A stretch of 27,137 nucleotides of DNA from Armatimonadota bacterium (lineage in GTDB: Bacteria > Sysuimicrobiota > Sysuimicrobiia > Sysuimicrobiales > Humicultoraceae). The position numbers and the translations under genes were made by a program. Shown piece by piece: positions 16,071-25,731 of this stretch. Numbering within the stretch: the first letter of the stretch is position 1; each line of letters begins with the position of its first letter. Under the pieces are notes generated by a model. It had not been told where the DNA came from. It did not search any database and saw only the letters and a program-made list of their open reading frames with translations. The stretch is from contig JBQTJP010000035.1 in NCBI GenBank assembly GCA_052386995.1, positions 1 through 27,137 of the forward strand, given 5' to 3'.

Positions 16071-17090
16071 CTATGAGCGCCTGCGCGGAGGTGGCGTCGA
16101 CAGAATGTACACCCTCACCGGCCGGCGGCCAAATTTGTACGCTTCCCGAACGGTATCGTAGCAGAGATCGATCCGGTGTCCCTTGATCGCGCCGCCGGTG
16201 TCCCCGGCGATCGCCCGCCCGTAGCCTTCGACGAACACCACCGATCGCAGCGGAATGACCTTCGGGTCGACGGCGACGACACCGTAGCGCGCTTTGAGCC
16301 CGATCGCGGTGATGTCGTTCACGCCTTCGCCATGCCACGGTGCGTACGCCGTGGCCTCCATCTGCACGACTTCTTTGCCGGCGAACTCCCCGCGGTCCGC
16401 GAACATCCGGCGCGTACCGACCTGAACGACATGATCCTGCGGCGGCGCGGTGATGACCGGCGCAAGTTCCCGGCGATCGACGACTTCGCCGTCGGCGGTC
16501 GTCACCGACGTGGCGTAGGTTCGGACACCCAGGCGGCCGCGCTGGACGACGCGGGGCACACCGCTCGGCAACGTCACCGTCGGCTGGATGATGCGCGCGA
16601 ACGGTACGGGCTCGGTCTTCTCGATGATGCGCGTCTCGATGCGGACGATTCGCACAATGTCCCCAGACACGAGCGGCGTTGCCGCCGAAGGATAGACGCG
16701 GTCACGCGGCCGGACCGCGAGCCCATGTGCCGCATCGCCGATGAGCTCGTCGACGGTCGCGGCCGCCGTCATCACCACGCGCCTGCTCCCATCCACCATG
16801 ACGAGCACGGGAAACGCACGACGTATCTCGATGATCGTGCGAGGCGCCAGGCGCACGCCTGCCGCCGGAATCAGACGATCGTGGGGACCCACGGTGATTG
16901 CGGCTTCTCTAAGAACGTCACGTACGGTCGCGCCATAGGTCAAGCGGCGCTGCTTGACGACGCGGTGAGATTCGTCCTCGATGCGGAATATGACAGCGTT
17001 GGGGAGATGCGCGAGGACGGCGGGGCTGATGGCCGAGATCAGGGCTCCAAGCACGTACACACCCAGCCACCTTCGCATGGGAAAGGGCAT
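16071..17090 (-). CDS. YabE/RpfB-like cell wall protein (DUF348 repeats, G5, 3D domain)
   Basis: N-terminal signal/TM, two ubiquitin-like DUF348 repeats, G5, 3D domain (MEATAY, VAVDPKVIPL, AGDTGGAIKGHRIDL). AGGAGGTGA SD before ATG 17090. Confidence 0.9.
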   Translation of the reverse strand: MPFPMRRWLGVYVLGALISAISPAVLAHLPNAVIFRIEDESHRVVKQRRLTYGATVRDVLREAAITVGPHDRLIPAAGVRLAPRTIIEIRRAFPVLVMVDGSRRVVMTAAATVDELIGDAAHGLAVRPRDRVYPSAATPLVSGDIVRIVRIETRIIEKTEPVPFARIIQPTVTLPSGVPRVVQRGRLGVRTYATSVTTADGEVVDRRELAPVITAPPQDHVVQVGTRRMFADRGEFAGKEVVQMEATAYAPWHGEGVNDITAIGLKARYGVVAVDPKVIPLRSVVFVEGYGRAIAGDTGGAIKGHRIDLCYDTVREAYKFGRRPVRVYILSTPPPRRRS

Positions 17091-17248
17091 CCCGTCACCT
17101 CCTGTCCGTCGGAAGATCACGGCCGTGCGAACACGCCGGGCGTCATGGCGAGGAAACGGTGAGCGGGAAGGGCGACCCTCCGGCGCAGAGCCGGCCCTTT
17201 GAGCACTTTGGGGGCGGAACCGTTCTACGTCCTAATGGAAACATACCC

Positions 17249-17277
17249 AATATACAGGCTGCACGACCCGTGCGCAA
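17249..17277 (-). promoter_or_regulatory. Candidate promoter upstream of the yabE-like gene
   Basis: TTGCGC (17277-17272), 17-nt spacer, TATATT (17254-17249). Confidence 0.55.
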
Positions 17278-17331
17278 TCGCCAAACGCGGCCGAGATCAT
17301 GCCGGCGTAGCGGCTCGCGACACCCTCTGCG

Positions 17332-17751
17332 CTACGGCGTCGTGGTCTGGACCAGCTCGATGAGCATGCCGTGCGTGTCTTTGGGATGCAAAAAGATGAT
17401 GCGGCTGTTGTGCGCGCCCGCGCGGGGCACCTCACTGATGGGAGTGAAGCCGGAGCGGCGCGCGTGCGCCAGAGCCTCGGCGATGTCCTCGACGGCAAAC
17501 GCGATGTGGTGGATGGCTTCACCGCGGCGCGCGAGGTGGCGTGCGATCGGGCCCTGCGATCCCAGCGGCTCGAGAAGCTCAATCCGCACGCCGCCCAGCG
17601 TGACAAACGCCACGGTCACGCCCTCACTCGGCAGCGCCTCCGGCGCACCGACACTCAGGCCCAGGTTCTCGTAGAGCCGGCTCGCCTCGGCGATACTCCG
17701 CACCGCCACGCCGATATGATCGATTCGGGTCGGACGCCAGCGCGAGGCCAT
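17332..17751 (-). CDS. mce: Methylmalonyl-CoA epimerase
   Basis: IDHIGVAV, IELLEP, IHHIAFAV, FLHPKDTHGMLIELVQ, plus gene context. Confidence 0.93.
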   Translation of the reverse strand: MASRWRPTRIDHIGVAVRSIAEASRLYENLGLSVGAPEALPSEGVTVAFVTLGGVRIELLEPLGSQGPIARHLARRGEAIHHIAFAVEDIAEALAHARRSGFTPISEVPRAGAHNSRIIFLHPKDTHGMLIELVQTTTP

Positions 17752-18696
17752 TCACATGTGAGCGAGCAGCCGGTCGGCGGCGGTATGCGGGTCGAGGTCA
17801 CCGGCCGCCACGCGCTCGACGAGCGCATCGAGTGAGGCTGCGTGGGCCCCGGCCAACACCCGCGCGCGCAGCCGCTCCTCGGCGATGCGGATGATCTCGC
17901 GCCGCCACCGCGAACGCCGCCGTGCGTCGTGGCCCCCGGTCGTTTCTTGGTGGCGCCGGTGGGCGTCGATGGCCGCCATCATCTCCACCACTCCCTGCCC
18001 GGATGTCGCCACCGTGGTGAGCACGGGCGGGTGCCACGCGCCGGCGGGGAGCGCGGCCAGCGTCATCTTCACATCCGTGACCGTCCGATCGACCTCGGGA
18101 CGGTCGGCCTTGTTGACGACGAACACATCGGCGATCTCCATCACGCCGGCCTTGAGCGTCTGGATGCCATCCCCCATGCCCGGCATGGTGACGACCACGA
18201 CCGTGTCGGACGCAGTGATCACATCGACTTCGGCCTGACCCGTGCCCACCGTCTCGATGAGGATGGTCGTGGCTCCCCAGGCGTCAAGCACTGCGCTGGC
18301 GTCCGCGGTCGCCGGCGCAAGGCCGCCGAGACTGCCGCGCGTGGCCATCGAGCGCACGAACACCTCTGGATCGGTGCTGTGATCCTGCATCCGGATGCGA
18401 TCGCCGAGCAGGGCGCCCCCGGTGAATGGGCTCGTGGGATCGACCGCGATCACGCCGACGCGGGCCCCGCGTTCTCGCAGCAGCCGGATCGCCGCATTGA
18501 CCAACGTGCTCTTCCCCGAGCCCGGCGGTCCGGTGATCCCAACGATGTGCGCGCGGCCGGTGTGGCGAAAGAGGGCGCGCAGGGCACCCGACGCCGCCGC
18601 GCTGTCATTCTCGGCGAGAGAGATCAGGCGCGCCGCGGCCTGCGGCGTGCCGGCGACAACGGCGGAGACGAGTTGCTCGACGAGGTCTGACAGCAT
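17752..18696 (-). CDS. meaB: Methylmalonyl-CoA mutase-associated GTPase
   Basis: GITGPPGSGKST, AVDPTSPFTGGALLGDRIRM, ETVGTGQ, NKAD. Confidence 0.95.
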   Translation of the reverse strand: MLSDLVEQLVSAVVAGTPQAAARLISLAENDSAAASGALRALFRHTGRAHIVGITGPPGSGKSTLVNAAIRLLRERGARVGVIAVDPTSPFTGGALLGDRIRMQDHSTDPEVFVRSMATRGSLGGLAPATADASAVLDAWGATTILIETVGTGQAEVDVITASDTVVVVTMPGMGDGIQTLKAGVMEIADVFVVNKADRPEVDRTVTDVKMTLAALPAGAWHPPVLTTVATSGQGVVEMMAAIDAHRRHQETTGGHDARRRSRWRREIIRIAEERLRARVLAGAHAASLDALVERVAAGDLDPHTAADRLLAHM

Positions 18697-18704
18697 CCAA
18701 CGAG

Positions 18705-19148
18705 CTACCGAAAGTACTCCAGCCTATCGATCGTCTTCACCATGACCGGGCCGTCCGTCAGCGCATCGGTGACGCGTAGGAGCGCGCCGTTGGTCATCGG
18801 CCTGGGGAGCGCATCCGGAGGAAAGTACCGCGCCTCCAGGATCTCTTTCCCGTCGGGCGCGAGCGCTCCGCCGACTACCCGGCAGCGAAATGCAAAGACG
18901 ATCTGCTCATTGTCGCGGCGCCAGTACACGCCGTACAGTGCTTCGATCTCGACGTCGAGCCCGGTCTCTTCGCGCGCTTCGCGTACGGCGGCCTCCGCGG
19001 GTGACTCGCCAGGATCGATACCGCCGCCCGGCGTCGTCCACTGGCGCTGATCATACGACAGGCGCACGAGCAGCACGTCACCGACCTCGTTGAAGATCGC
19101 CGCGCTCGCCGCGAGCGGCCGGGGAAGCTGCGCATTGGAAACGGCCAT
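18705..19148 (-). CDS. NUDIX hydrolase
   Basis: Nudix box PGGGIDPGESPAEAAVREAREETG. ATG 19148 overlaps the mutase stop (TGATG). Confidence 0.9.
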   Translation of the reverse strand: MAVSNAQLPRPLAASAAIFNEVGDVLLVRLSYDQRQWTTPGGGIDPGESPAEAAVREAREETGLDVEIEALYGVYWRRDNEQIVFAFRCRVVGGALAPDGKEILEARYFPPDALPRPMTNGALLRVTDALTDGPVMVKTIDRLEYFR

Positions 19149-20743
19149 CACACCACGACCGGTGGGCGGTAGGTCGAGAAGACTCCGCGGAGGACGTCGC
19201 AAATCTCGCCGACCGTCGCGTACGCACGCACGGCGTCGAGGATCGGGAGCAGCAGGTTGTCGGTCCCTCGCGCGGCATCGCTCAGGTGCGCGAGGGCACG
19301 CGTGACCTGGGCCCCATCGCGTTCGGCCCGTACCCGAGCCAGTCGCGCCTGTTGCCGGGCCACCGTCTGGGAGTCGATGCGCAGCGTCTCCGCCCGGACG
19401 CCGCTGTCGCTGTGGAACCGGTTGACGCCGACCACGACCATGTCGCCGCGTTCGATCGCCTGCGCTTCTCGGAACGCGCTCTCTGCGATCTCGCGCTGGA
19501 TCAGTCCGGTCTCGATCGCGCGCAGCTGACCGCCGGCGGCTTCGATCTGCTCGACCTTTTCCCGCGCCCGCCGCTCGATCTCGTCGGTCAGGTGCTCGAT
19601 CATGTAGGCGCCCGCGAGTGGATCGGCCGTCGAGGCCACGCCGCTCTCGTGGGCGATGATCTGCTGGGTGCGCAGTGCGAGCAGCGCCGACCCTTCGGTC
19701 GGGAGCGCAAGAGCCTCATCGCGGGCGTTCGTATGGAGAGATTGCGTGCCACCCAGAATCGCCGCCAGCGCCTGGATCGCCACACGCACCGCGTTGTTGT
19801 CGGGTTGCTGCGCGGTCAGCGCCGCACCGGCGGTCTGCGTGTGGAACCGCAGCATCATCGATCTGGGATCCTGCGGCCGGAAGCGCTCGGTCACCAGGCG
19901 CGCCCACAGGCGCCGCGCCGCGCGAAACTTGGCCACCTCTTCGAGCAGCCGCATCTGCGCGGCAAAGAAGAACGAGAGCGACGGTGCCACCCGATCAACC
20001 GGGAGGCCCGTCTCAACCGCGGCCCGGAGATAGGTCAGGCCGTTGCCGAGGGTAAACGCGACCTCCTGCACGGCGGTCGCACCCGCCTCCCGGATGTGGT
20101 ATCCGCTGACGCTGATGGGGTTCCACCGAGGCAGGCGCTCCGCGCAGAAGGCAAAGGTGTCCGTGACGAGCCGCAGCGATGGTCTGGGGGGGTAAATGTA
20201 TGTCCCCCGGGCGATGTACTCTTTGAGGATATCGTTTTGCGTCGTGCCGTCGATGCGGTCGAGGGGCACGCCCTGACGCTCGGCCACAGCGATGTACATG
20301 GCGAGCAGGATGGCCGCGGTGGCATTGATTGTCATCGAGGTCGAGACGCGATCGAGGGGGATGCCATCGAACAAGACTTCCATATCTGCAAGGGAGTCTA
20401 TGGCCACGCCGACCTTGCCGACCTCGGGCTCGGCGAGCGGATGGTCGGAGTCGTAACCCATCTGCGTGGGGAGATCAAAGGCGATCGATAGTCCGGTCTG
20501 CCCGCGGTCGAGCAGATAGCGGTAGCGACGGTTCGACTCTTCCGCGGTCCCGTAGCCGGCGTACTGCCGCATCGTCCACAGACGGCCGCGGTACATCGTC
20601 GGATGAATGCCGCGCGTGTAGGGAAACACGCCGGGCGCGTGGAGATTACCGTCGTCGGTGGTGTCGACGGCCTCCGGGCCGTATACCGCATCCAGCGGGA
20701 TGCCGTCGGTCGTGGCGAAGGTCTTGGGCCGCTCGTCGGTCAT
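19148..20743 (-). CDS. mcmA: Methylmalonyl-CoA mutase, large substrate-binding subunit (no B12-binding domain)
   Basis: [54 protein letters not shown]. Ends after TVGEI, with no DxHxxG. ATG 20743 overlaps the upstream stop. Confidence 0.93.
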   Translation of the reverse strand: MTDERPKTFATTDGIPLDAVYGPEAVDTTDDGNLHAPGVFPYTRGIHPTMYRGRLWTMRQYAGYGTAEESNRRYRYLLDRGQTGLSIAFDLPTQMGYDSDHPLAEPEVGKVGVAIDSLADMEVLFDGIPLDRVSTSMTINATAAILLAMYIAVAERQGVPLDRIDGTTQNDILKEYIARGTYIYPPRPSLRLVTDTFAFCAERLPRWNPISVSGYHIREAGATAVQEVAFTLGNGLTYLRAAVETGLPVDRVAPSLSFFFAAQMRLLEEVAKFRAARRLWARLVTERFRPQDPRSMMLRFHTQTAGAALTAQQPDNNAVRVAIQALAAILGGTQSLHTNARDEALALPTEGSALLALRTQQIIAHESGVASTADPLAGAYMIEHLTDEIERRAREKVEQIEAAGGQLRAIETGLIQREIAESAFREAQAIERGDMVVVGVNRFHSDSGVRAETLRIDSQTVARQQARLARVRAERDGAQVTRALAHLSDAARGTDNLLLPILDAVRAYATVGEICDVLRGVFSTYRPPVVV

Positions 20744-21300
20744 CCGTCGGACCCTTCCACGTCGACCGGGGCAGAGACCTGGACGATGACCAGCACCTGG
20801 CCGCCGGCAACTTCCTGACCGGGCCGCACCCGGACGTCCTCGATCGTACCCGATGAGGGCGCCCGGACCTCCATGTGCATCTTCATGGCCTCGACGATCA
20901 CGACGGCGCTCCCGGCCGTCACGCTCTCGCCGGGAGCCAGTGGCGTGGCGGTCACAAGTCCCGGCATCGGCGCGCGTATTTCTATTCGATGCTCGACGCC
21001 GGCGGCCGCAGACCGCTTCGATTGCACGGGGAGCCAGCGCCGTACCTCGAGCGGCACGCGCGTTGCGCCGACGGTCGCAAGGAGCGCCACGTCGCGGCCG
21101 TGCTCGCCCTCCGCGCGCAGCCGTACGGGTACGCCGAGACCATCGATCTGAAGACGCCACCACTCCGAGCCGGCCAGGGGATGAAGCCGAACCGCGGCGG
21201 CCGACCCATCGAGCGTGATGCGGAGCGCGTCGCCTGCCGGCTGAACAGCGGAGACTTCCACCCGCCGTCGGTTCCCGCGCGTCCCGATCTCTAGAATCAT
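20740..21300 (-). CDS. Biotin carboxyl carrier protein with N-terminal BT-like region
   Basis: IRAPMPG, biotinylation motif EAMKM, VRAPSSG. ATG 21300 overlaps the biotin carboxylase stop (ATGA). Confidence 0.9.
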   Translation of the reverse strand: MILEIGTRGNRRRVEVSAVQPAGDALRITLDGSAAAVRLHPLAGSEWWRLQIDGLGVPVRLRAEGEHGRDVALLATVGATRVPLEVRRWLPVQSKRSAAAGVEHRIEIRAPMPGLVTATPLAPGESVTAGSAVVIVEAMKMHMEVRAPSSGTIEDVRVRPGQEVAGGQVLVIVQVSAPVDVEGSDG

Positions 21301-22790
21301 CGCAGGCCTTCTTCGCGGGCGACCGCGATCCATCGAGGCGAGGTCCCGTCGGTGGGGAACGAGGGCGACTGAGCCCTTCGATACGCCCACGCCGCGGCGG
21401 CGAGCATTGCGATGCGATCGGCGTCCGGCGACGCAGGGCCGTGCCCCCATCCGTCCGCAAACCGCACATCGTAGTGGCCGCGCACGAACTCGGGTTGCTC
21501 TAGCGCCCAGCGATAAAACGGGATCGTCGTGTGCACACCCGAGATCAGGTACTCGGCCAGCGCCCGGCGCATGCGGGCAATCGCGACCTCGCGCGTCGGG
21601 CCACCGGCGATGACTTTTGCCAGCAGGGGATCGAAATGGCGGGAAACGGTTTGCCCAACCCAGGCGCCGCTCTCGATCCTGATGCCGGGGCCGGCCGGCT
21701 CAACAATGCCGTCGATGGCGCCCAGTGACGGCAGAAACCCGCCGTGGGGATCTTCGGCGCTGATCCGGCACTCGATCGCACAGCCGCTCCAGCGGATGTC
21801 ATCCTGGCGGACCGCCAGCGAATCGCCGCCGGCGATAGTCAGCTGCGCGACCACCAGGTCGAGGCCCGTCACCACCTCGGTCACGGGATGCTCCACCTGA
21901 ATCCGTGCGTTGACTTCAAGAAAGTAAAACCCGCTGTCGTCAACGAGGAACTCGACGGTCCCGGCGTTTCGGTAGCCGATCGCCCTGGCGACGGCGAGCG
22001 CCGCGCGTCCCAGCGCATGCCGGACCTCGGGATCCAGACCCGGGGCCGGGGCTTCCTCAATCAACTTCTGATGACGCCGCTGCACCGAGCATCCACGCTC
22101 GCCGAGGTGGACGACCTCGCCGGCGGCGTCCGCGAGAATCTGCACCTCGACGTGCTGCGAGCGCTCGACCCATCGCTCGAGGTACACGCGTGGGTCGCCA
22201 AACGCGGCCTGCGCCTCGCCTCGGGCCAGACGCAGCGCGGCCGGGAGCTCGTCGGCAGCGCGCACCAGATGAATCCCTTTGCCGCCGCCTCCGCCTACGG
22301 CCTTGATGAGCACCGGGAATCCGATACTGCGCGCGCCGCAGATCGCGCCCTCGTCGTCGACAGGGCCAACTCCCTGCAGCACCGGCACGCCCGCGGCCTC
22401 GGCGGCCGCACGGGCGGCTGCCTTGTCGCCGCAATACCGCAACGCGGGCGCCGGAGGACCGACGAAGATCACGCCCGCCGCGTCACAGTCGGCGGCGAAC
22501 GCCGGATTCTCGGCGAGGAAGCCGTACCCGGGGTGGATCGCGTCGGCGCCCATCCGGCGCGCCAGATCGATGAGCAGGGGACCGTTCAGGTAGCCCTCGG
22601 ACGGCGCGTCACCGGGAAGGGGATGAGCCGAGTCCGCGAGCCGAACATGCGGCGCGCCGGCGTCGATCGGCGAGAACACGGCCAGCGGTGTGATGCCCAG
22701 ATCGCGGCAGGCGCGGATGATGCGCACGGCGATCTCACCGCGGTTGGCGATGAGGAGGCGGCGGATGGGCGAGGCCGAGACCCTACTCGT
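21297..22790 (-). CDS. accC: Acetyl/propionyl-CoA carboxylase, biotin carboxylase subunit
   Basis: [56 protein letters not shown]. No canonical start near the N-terminus; ACG 22790 is proposed. Confidence 0.9.
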   Translation of the reverse strand, partial: TSRVSASPIRRLLIANRGEIAVRIIRACRDLGITPLAVFSPIDAGAPHVRLADSAHPLPGDAPSEGYLNGPLLIDLARRMGADAIHPGYGFLAENPAFAADCDAAGVIFVGPPAPALRYCGDKAAARAAAEAAGVPVLQGVGPVDDEGAICGARSIGFPVLIKAVGGGGGKGIHLVRAADELPAALRLARGEAQAAFGDPRVYLERWVERSQHVEVQILADAAGEVVHLGERGCSVQRRHQKLIEEAPAPGLDPEVRHALGRAALAVARAIGYRNAGTVEFLVDDSGFYFLEVNARIQVEHPVTEVVTGLDLVVAQLTIAGGDSLAVRQDDIRWSGCAIECRISAEDPHGGFLPSLGAIDGIVEPAGPGIRIESGAWVGQTVSRHFDPLLAKVIAGGPTREVAIARMRRALAEYLISGVHTTIPFYRWALEQPEFVRGHYDVRFADGWGHGPASPDADRIAMLAAAAWAYRRAQSPSFPTDGTSPRWIAVAREEGLR

Positions 22791-23256
22791 CCTCGTCTTC
22801 CTCCCGCGGACGGTCAGGCCGGTAGACGAGAGAGTACCGCGCGATCTGAAACCCCACGGATTCGTAGAAGCGCAGGCCGCGGAGATTGCCTGCCACGACC
22901 CCGGACTGAATCTCATCCGCGCCGTTCGCTTTGATCCAATCGATGAGCGCCTGCGCAAACCGCCGGCCCACACCCTCTCGACGGTACTCCGGATAGATGA
23001 AGAACTCACCGATCTGAGCCTGGGTGCGGGCCTGATCAGCCCAGTGCTTGAGCAGCACCACGACGCCAAATCCAACCCGGCGTCCGCTATCGATGGCCCA
23101 CCAGATGTACCGGCGCTTGCCCTGATCGGCGAACAGCGCGTCGAGATAGTGATCGAGCGCGCTCTCGGAAGGGGGTTCGCCGGCAGTCTCCTCGCGGTAC
23201 CGCCGCATCCAGTCCCGGAAACGGGAGTCGCCTGCGCTGACGAGCTCAAGCTTCAT
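22783..23256 (-). CDS. GNAT family N-acetyltransferase
   Basis: FFIYPEYRREGVG acetyl-CoA motif, NLRGLRFYESVGF. ATG 23256 with AGGGA upstream. Confidence 0.9.
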   Translation of the reverse strand: MKLELVSAGDSRFRDWMRRYREETAGEPPSESALDHYLDALFADQGKRRYIWWAIDSGRRVGFGVVVLLKHWADQARTQAQIGEFFIYPEYRREGVGRRFAQALIDWIKANGADEIQSGVVAGNLRGLRFYESVGFQIARYSLVYRPDRPREEDEDE

Positions 23257-23355
23257 TGCGTGTCCCTGTCGATCGACGGCTCTATGTCGGGAATTCAACC
23301 TCATGATAGGCGAACCGTATGAAAATCGCCAGCGGCGAGGCTCATTGCGCCGCCG

Positions 23356-23868
23356 TCACCGCCGCCCCTCTTTCACCGCCTCGGCGGTCAGCAGCAGAAA
23401 GTCCACGGTCTCGATCGGGGCGCCCAACTGTCGGAGCATGGCCATGACCTGCGCGCGATGGTGGATCTCATGGTAGCAGAACTGCGTGAAGACCTTGATG
23501 GCCGTCGTCTTCACCGCGAACGTCTGCCGCGACGGGATGATCACCGTGATCTCGACGGGGCGGGACCAGTCCGGCTCGCCTTCAATGATCTCGACGGTCC
23601 GGGGTTCGAACTGCCGCCACGCGCCTTCCAGGCTCGAGGCATCAGGGTGGCGCGCATAGGAGAACGGGTTGTCGGTGCCAGGGCTCCCACGGAGTTGTCC
23701 GAGCACGAACCATTCTGCTCCGGCCATGTGATGCACGGTGCGGCGCACCGACTTCAGCCCAAATGGGAACTCCTGCTGGTACTGCTCGGCAGACAGGCTT
23801 CGGACCCGTTCCATCCACCGGCGCCGCGCATCGGTCAGGTACTGATAGTGATCCAGCGGGCTCAGCAT
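23356..23868 (-). CDS. DinB family protein
   Basis: SVRRTVHHMAGAE and HEIHHRAQVMAMLRQLG His-triad motifs. GGAGG 8 nt before ATG 23868. Confidence 0.88.
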   Translation of the reverse strand: MLSPLDHYQYLTDARRRWMERVRSLSAEQYQQEFPFGLKSVRRTVHHMAGAEWFVLGQLRGSPGTDNPFSYARHPDASSLEGAWRQFEPRTVEIIEGEPDWSRPVEITVIIPSRQTFAVKTTAIKVFTQFCYHEIHHRAQVMAMLRQLGAPIETVDFLLLTAEAVKEGRR

Positions 23869-23899
23869 CGCGTTGGCCTCCACCGAGGGACGTGTGTCG

Positions 23900-25447
23900 C
23901 TAGAGCGGAATATTGCCGTGCTTGCGCCGAGGGTTCGCGGCGCGCTTGCGGTGCAGGACCTCGAGCGCCGCGATCAGCCGGCGGCGTGTCTCCCGCGGGG
24001 CGATGACATCGTCCACGTAGCCCCGGGCCGCGGCGACGTAGGGATTTGCAAACTGCCCGCGGTAGTCGGCGACCAGCTCGCGGCGGCGCGCGTCGGGGTT
24101 GGGAGCATCGGCCAGCTCCTTGCGGAAGATGATGTCGATGGCGCCTTCCGGGCCCATCACCGCGATCTCGGCCGTCGGCCAGGCCAGGTTGAGGTCGCCG
24201 CGGATGTGCTTGCTCGCCATCACGTCGTATGCGCCGCCGTAGGCCTTTCGGGTGATCACCGTCAGCTTCGGCACGGTCGCCTCACAGTACGCATACAGCA
24301 ACTTCGCGCCGTGCCGGATGATCCCGCCGTGCTCCTGCGCCACGCCGGGGAGAAACCCCGGCACGTCCACGAACGTTAGCAGCGGGATGTTGAACGCGTC
24401 GCAGAATCGGACGAACCGCGCGCCCTTCACCGAGGCATCGATGTCGAGCACGCCGGCGAGGACGGCGGGTTGCTGCGCGAGCACCCCGACCGGTCGGCCG
24501 TGGAGCCGCGCGAACCCGACGATCAGGTTGCGGGCGAACGCCGCGTGGACCTCGAGGAACTCCGCGTCGTCAACCACGCGCGAGATGATCTCGTGCATGT
24601 CGTACGGCTTCGCAGGATCCTCCGGCACCAGCGCATCGAGGGCGGGGTCGGCGCGCGAGGGCTCATCGGCCGGCGTTCGACGGGGTGGATCTTCGAGGTT
24701 GTTTGACGGAAGAAACCCGATCAGCCGGCGAATGAGGGCCAGGCAGCCCTCGTCGTCGTCGACGACGAAGTGGGCGATGCCGCTGCGGCCGGCATGAACG
24801 TCGGCACCTCCAAGATCCTCGAACGATACCTCCTCACGCGTCACCGCCTTGACGACTTGGGGGCCGGTGACGAACATGTACGCGGTGCCCCGCACCATGA
24901 TCGTGAAATCGGTGATCGCCGGCGAGTACACGGCGCCCCCGGCGCACGGGCCCATGATCGCGGAGATCTGCGGCACGACGCCGCTGGCCAGCGTGTTGCG
25001 CAGAAAGATGTCGGCGTAGCCGCCCAGGCTGACGACGCCTTCCTGAATGCGCGCGCCGCCGGAGTCGTTGAGGCCGATGACCGGCGTCCCCGTGCGCATC
25101 GCGAGGTCTTGGATTTTACAGATCTTCTCGGCATGTCCTTCGCCGAGCGATCCCCCGAGGACCGTAAAGTCCTGTGAGAACACGTGCACCGGCCGGCCGT
25201 CGATCGTGCCGTGACCGGTCACGACGCCGTCGGCGGGCGCCTCCGCCCGGTCCATGCCGAAATCGCGGCTGCGCGGTATGACAAACGGATCGAGCTCTAC
25301 GAACGATCCCGGATCGAGGAGGATGTCGAGCCGTTCGCGCGCCGTCAGCTTGCCCGCCTGGTGCTGACGGTCGATGCGCTCCTCGCCGCCCATCGCCAAC
25401 AGCCGCTCGCGGCGGCGGCGCAGGTCGTCCAGGCGATCGGGCGGCAC
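23900..25447 (-). CDS. pccB: Acyl-CoA (propionyl-CoA) carboxylase, carboxyltransferase subunit
   Basis: [54 protein letters not shown]-terminus, plus context. Confidence 0.93.
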   Translation of the reverse strand: MPPDRLDDLRRRRERLLAMGGEERIDRQHQAGKLTARERLDILLDPGSFVELDPFVIPRSRDFGMDRAEAPADGVVTGHGTIDGRPVHVFSQDFTVLGGSLGEGHAEKICKIQDLAMRTGTPVIGLNDSGGARIQEGVVSLGGYADIFLRNTLASGVVPQISAIMGPCAGGAVYSPAITDFTIMVRGTAYMFVTGPQVVKAVTREEVSFEDLGGADVHAGRSGIAHFVVDDDEGCLALIRRLIGFLPSNNLEDPPRRTPADEPSRADPALDALVPEDPAKPYDMHEIISRVVDDAEFLEVHAAFARNLIVGFARLHGRPVGVLAQQPAVLAGVLDIDASVKGARFVRFCDAFNIPLLTFVDVPGFLPGVAQEHGGIIRHGAKLLYAYCEATVPKLTVITRKAYGGAYDVMASKHIRGDLNLAWPTAEIAVMGPEGAIDIIFRKELADAPNPDARRRELVADYRGQFANPYVAAARGYVDDVIAPRETRRRLIAALEVLHRKRAANPRRKHGNIPL

Positions 25448-25452
25448 GAGCT

Positions 25453-25731
25453 CTAGGACGGCGCCCCGGACTCCGGCGGCAGTGGGCCGTACGGACGGAT
25501 GGCGATGATCCCGTGTTTGAAGAGAAGTTCCTGCGTTCCGTTGTTTTCGATCAGGAGGCTGTAGGTGCCGAAATCCTTGACGATCGCCGACGGGATCTCG
25601 TACCCATCGCGGCAGCGGATGTACACGGGCGTGGCAGCGCCGACGAGTCTGCGGTAGAAGGCATCTTCGAGCGACGGCCGCGGCGGGGCCTTCGTCCCTG
25701 TCGGCCCGTCCGTTCGGATCTCTTCGCGCAT
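25453..25731 (-). CDS. Possible in-frame internal product: stand-alone 92-aa Hfq-like protein
   Basis: Internal GGAGGTG (25746-25740) lies 5 nt before GTG 25734 and 8 nt before ATG 25731, just ahead of the Hfq domain. Confidence 0.55.
   Translation of the reverse strand: MREEIRTDGPTGTKAPPRPSLEDAFYRRLVGAATPVYIRCRDGYEIPSAIVKDFGTYSLLIENNGTQELLFKHGIIAIRPYGPLPPESGAPS

Noticed and set aside
19148..21469. 773-aa mutase with a novel N-terminal domain
   Set aside because: The extension is an alternate frame of the biotin carrier gene. The mutase starts at ATG 20743.
21297..23249. 650-aa biotin carboxylase fusion
   Set aside because: The extension is an alternate frame over the GNAT gene, Ser/Arg-rich and without domain features.
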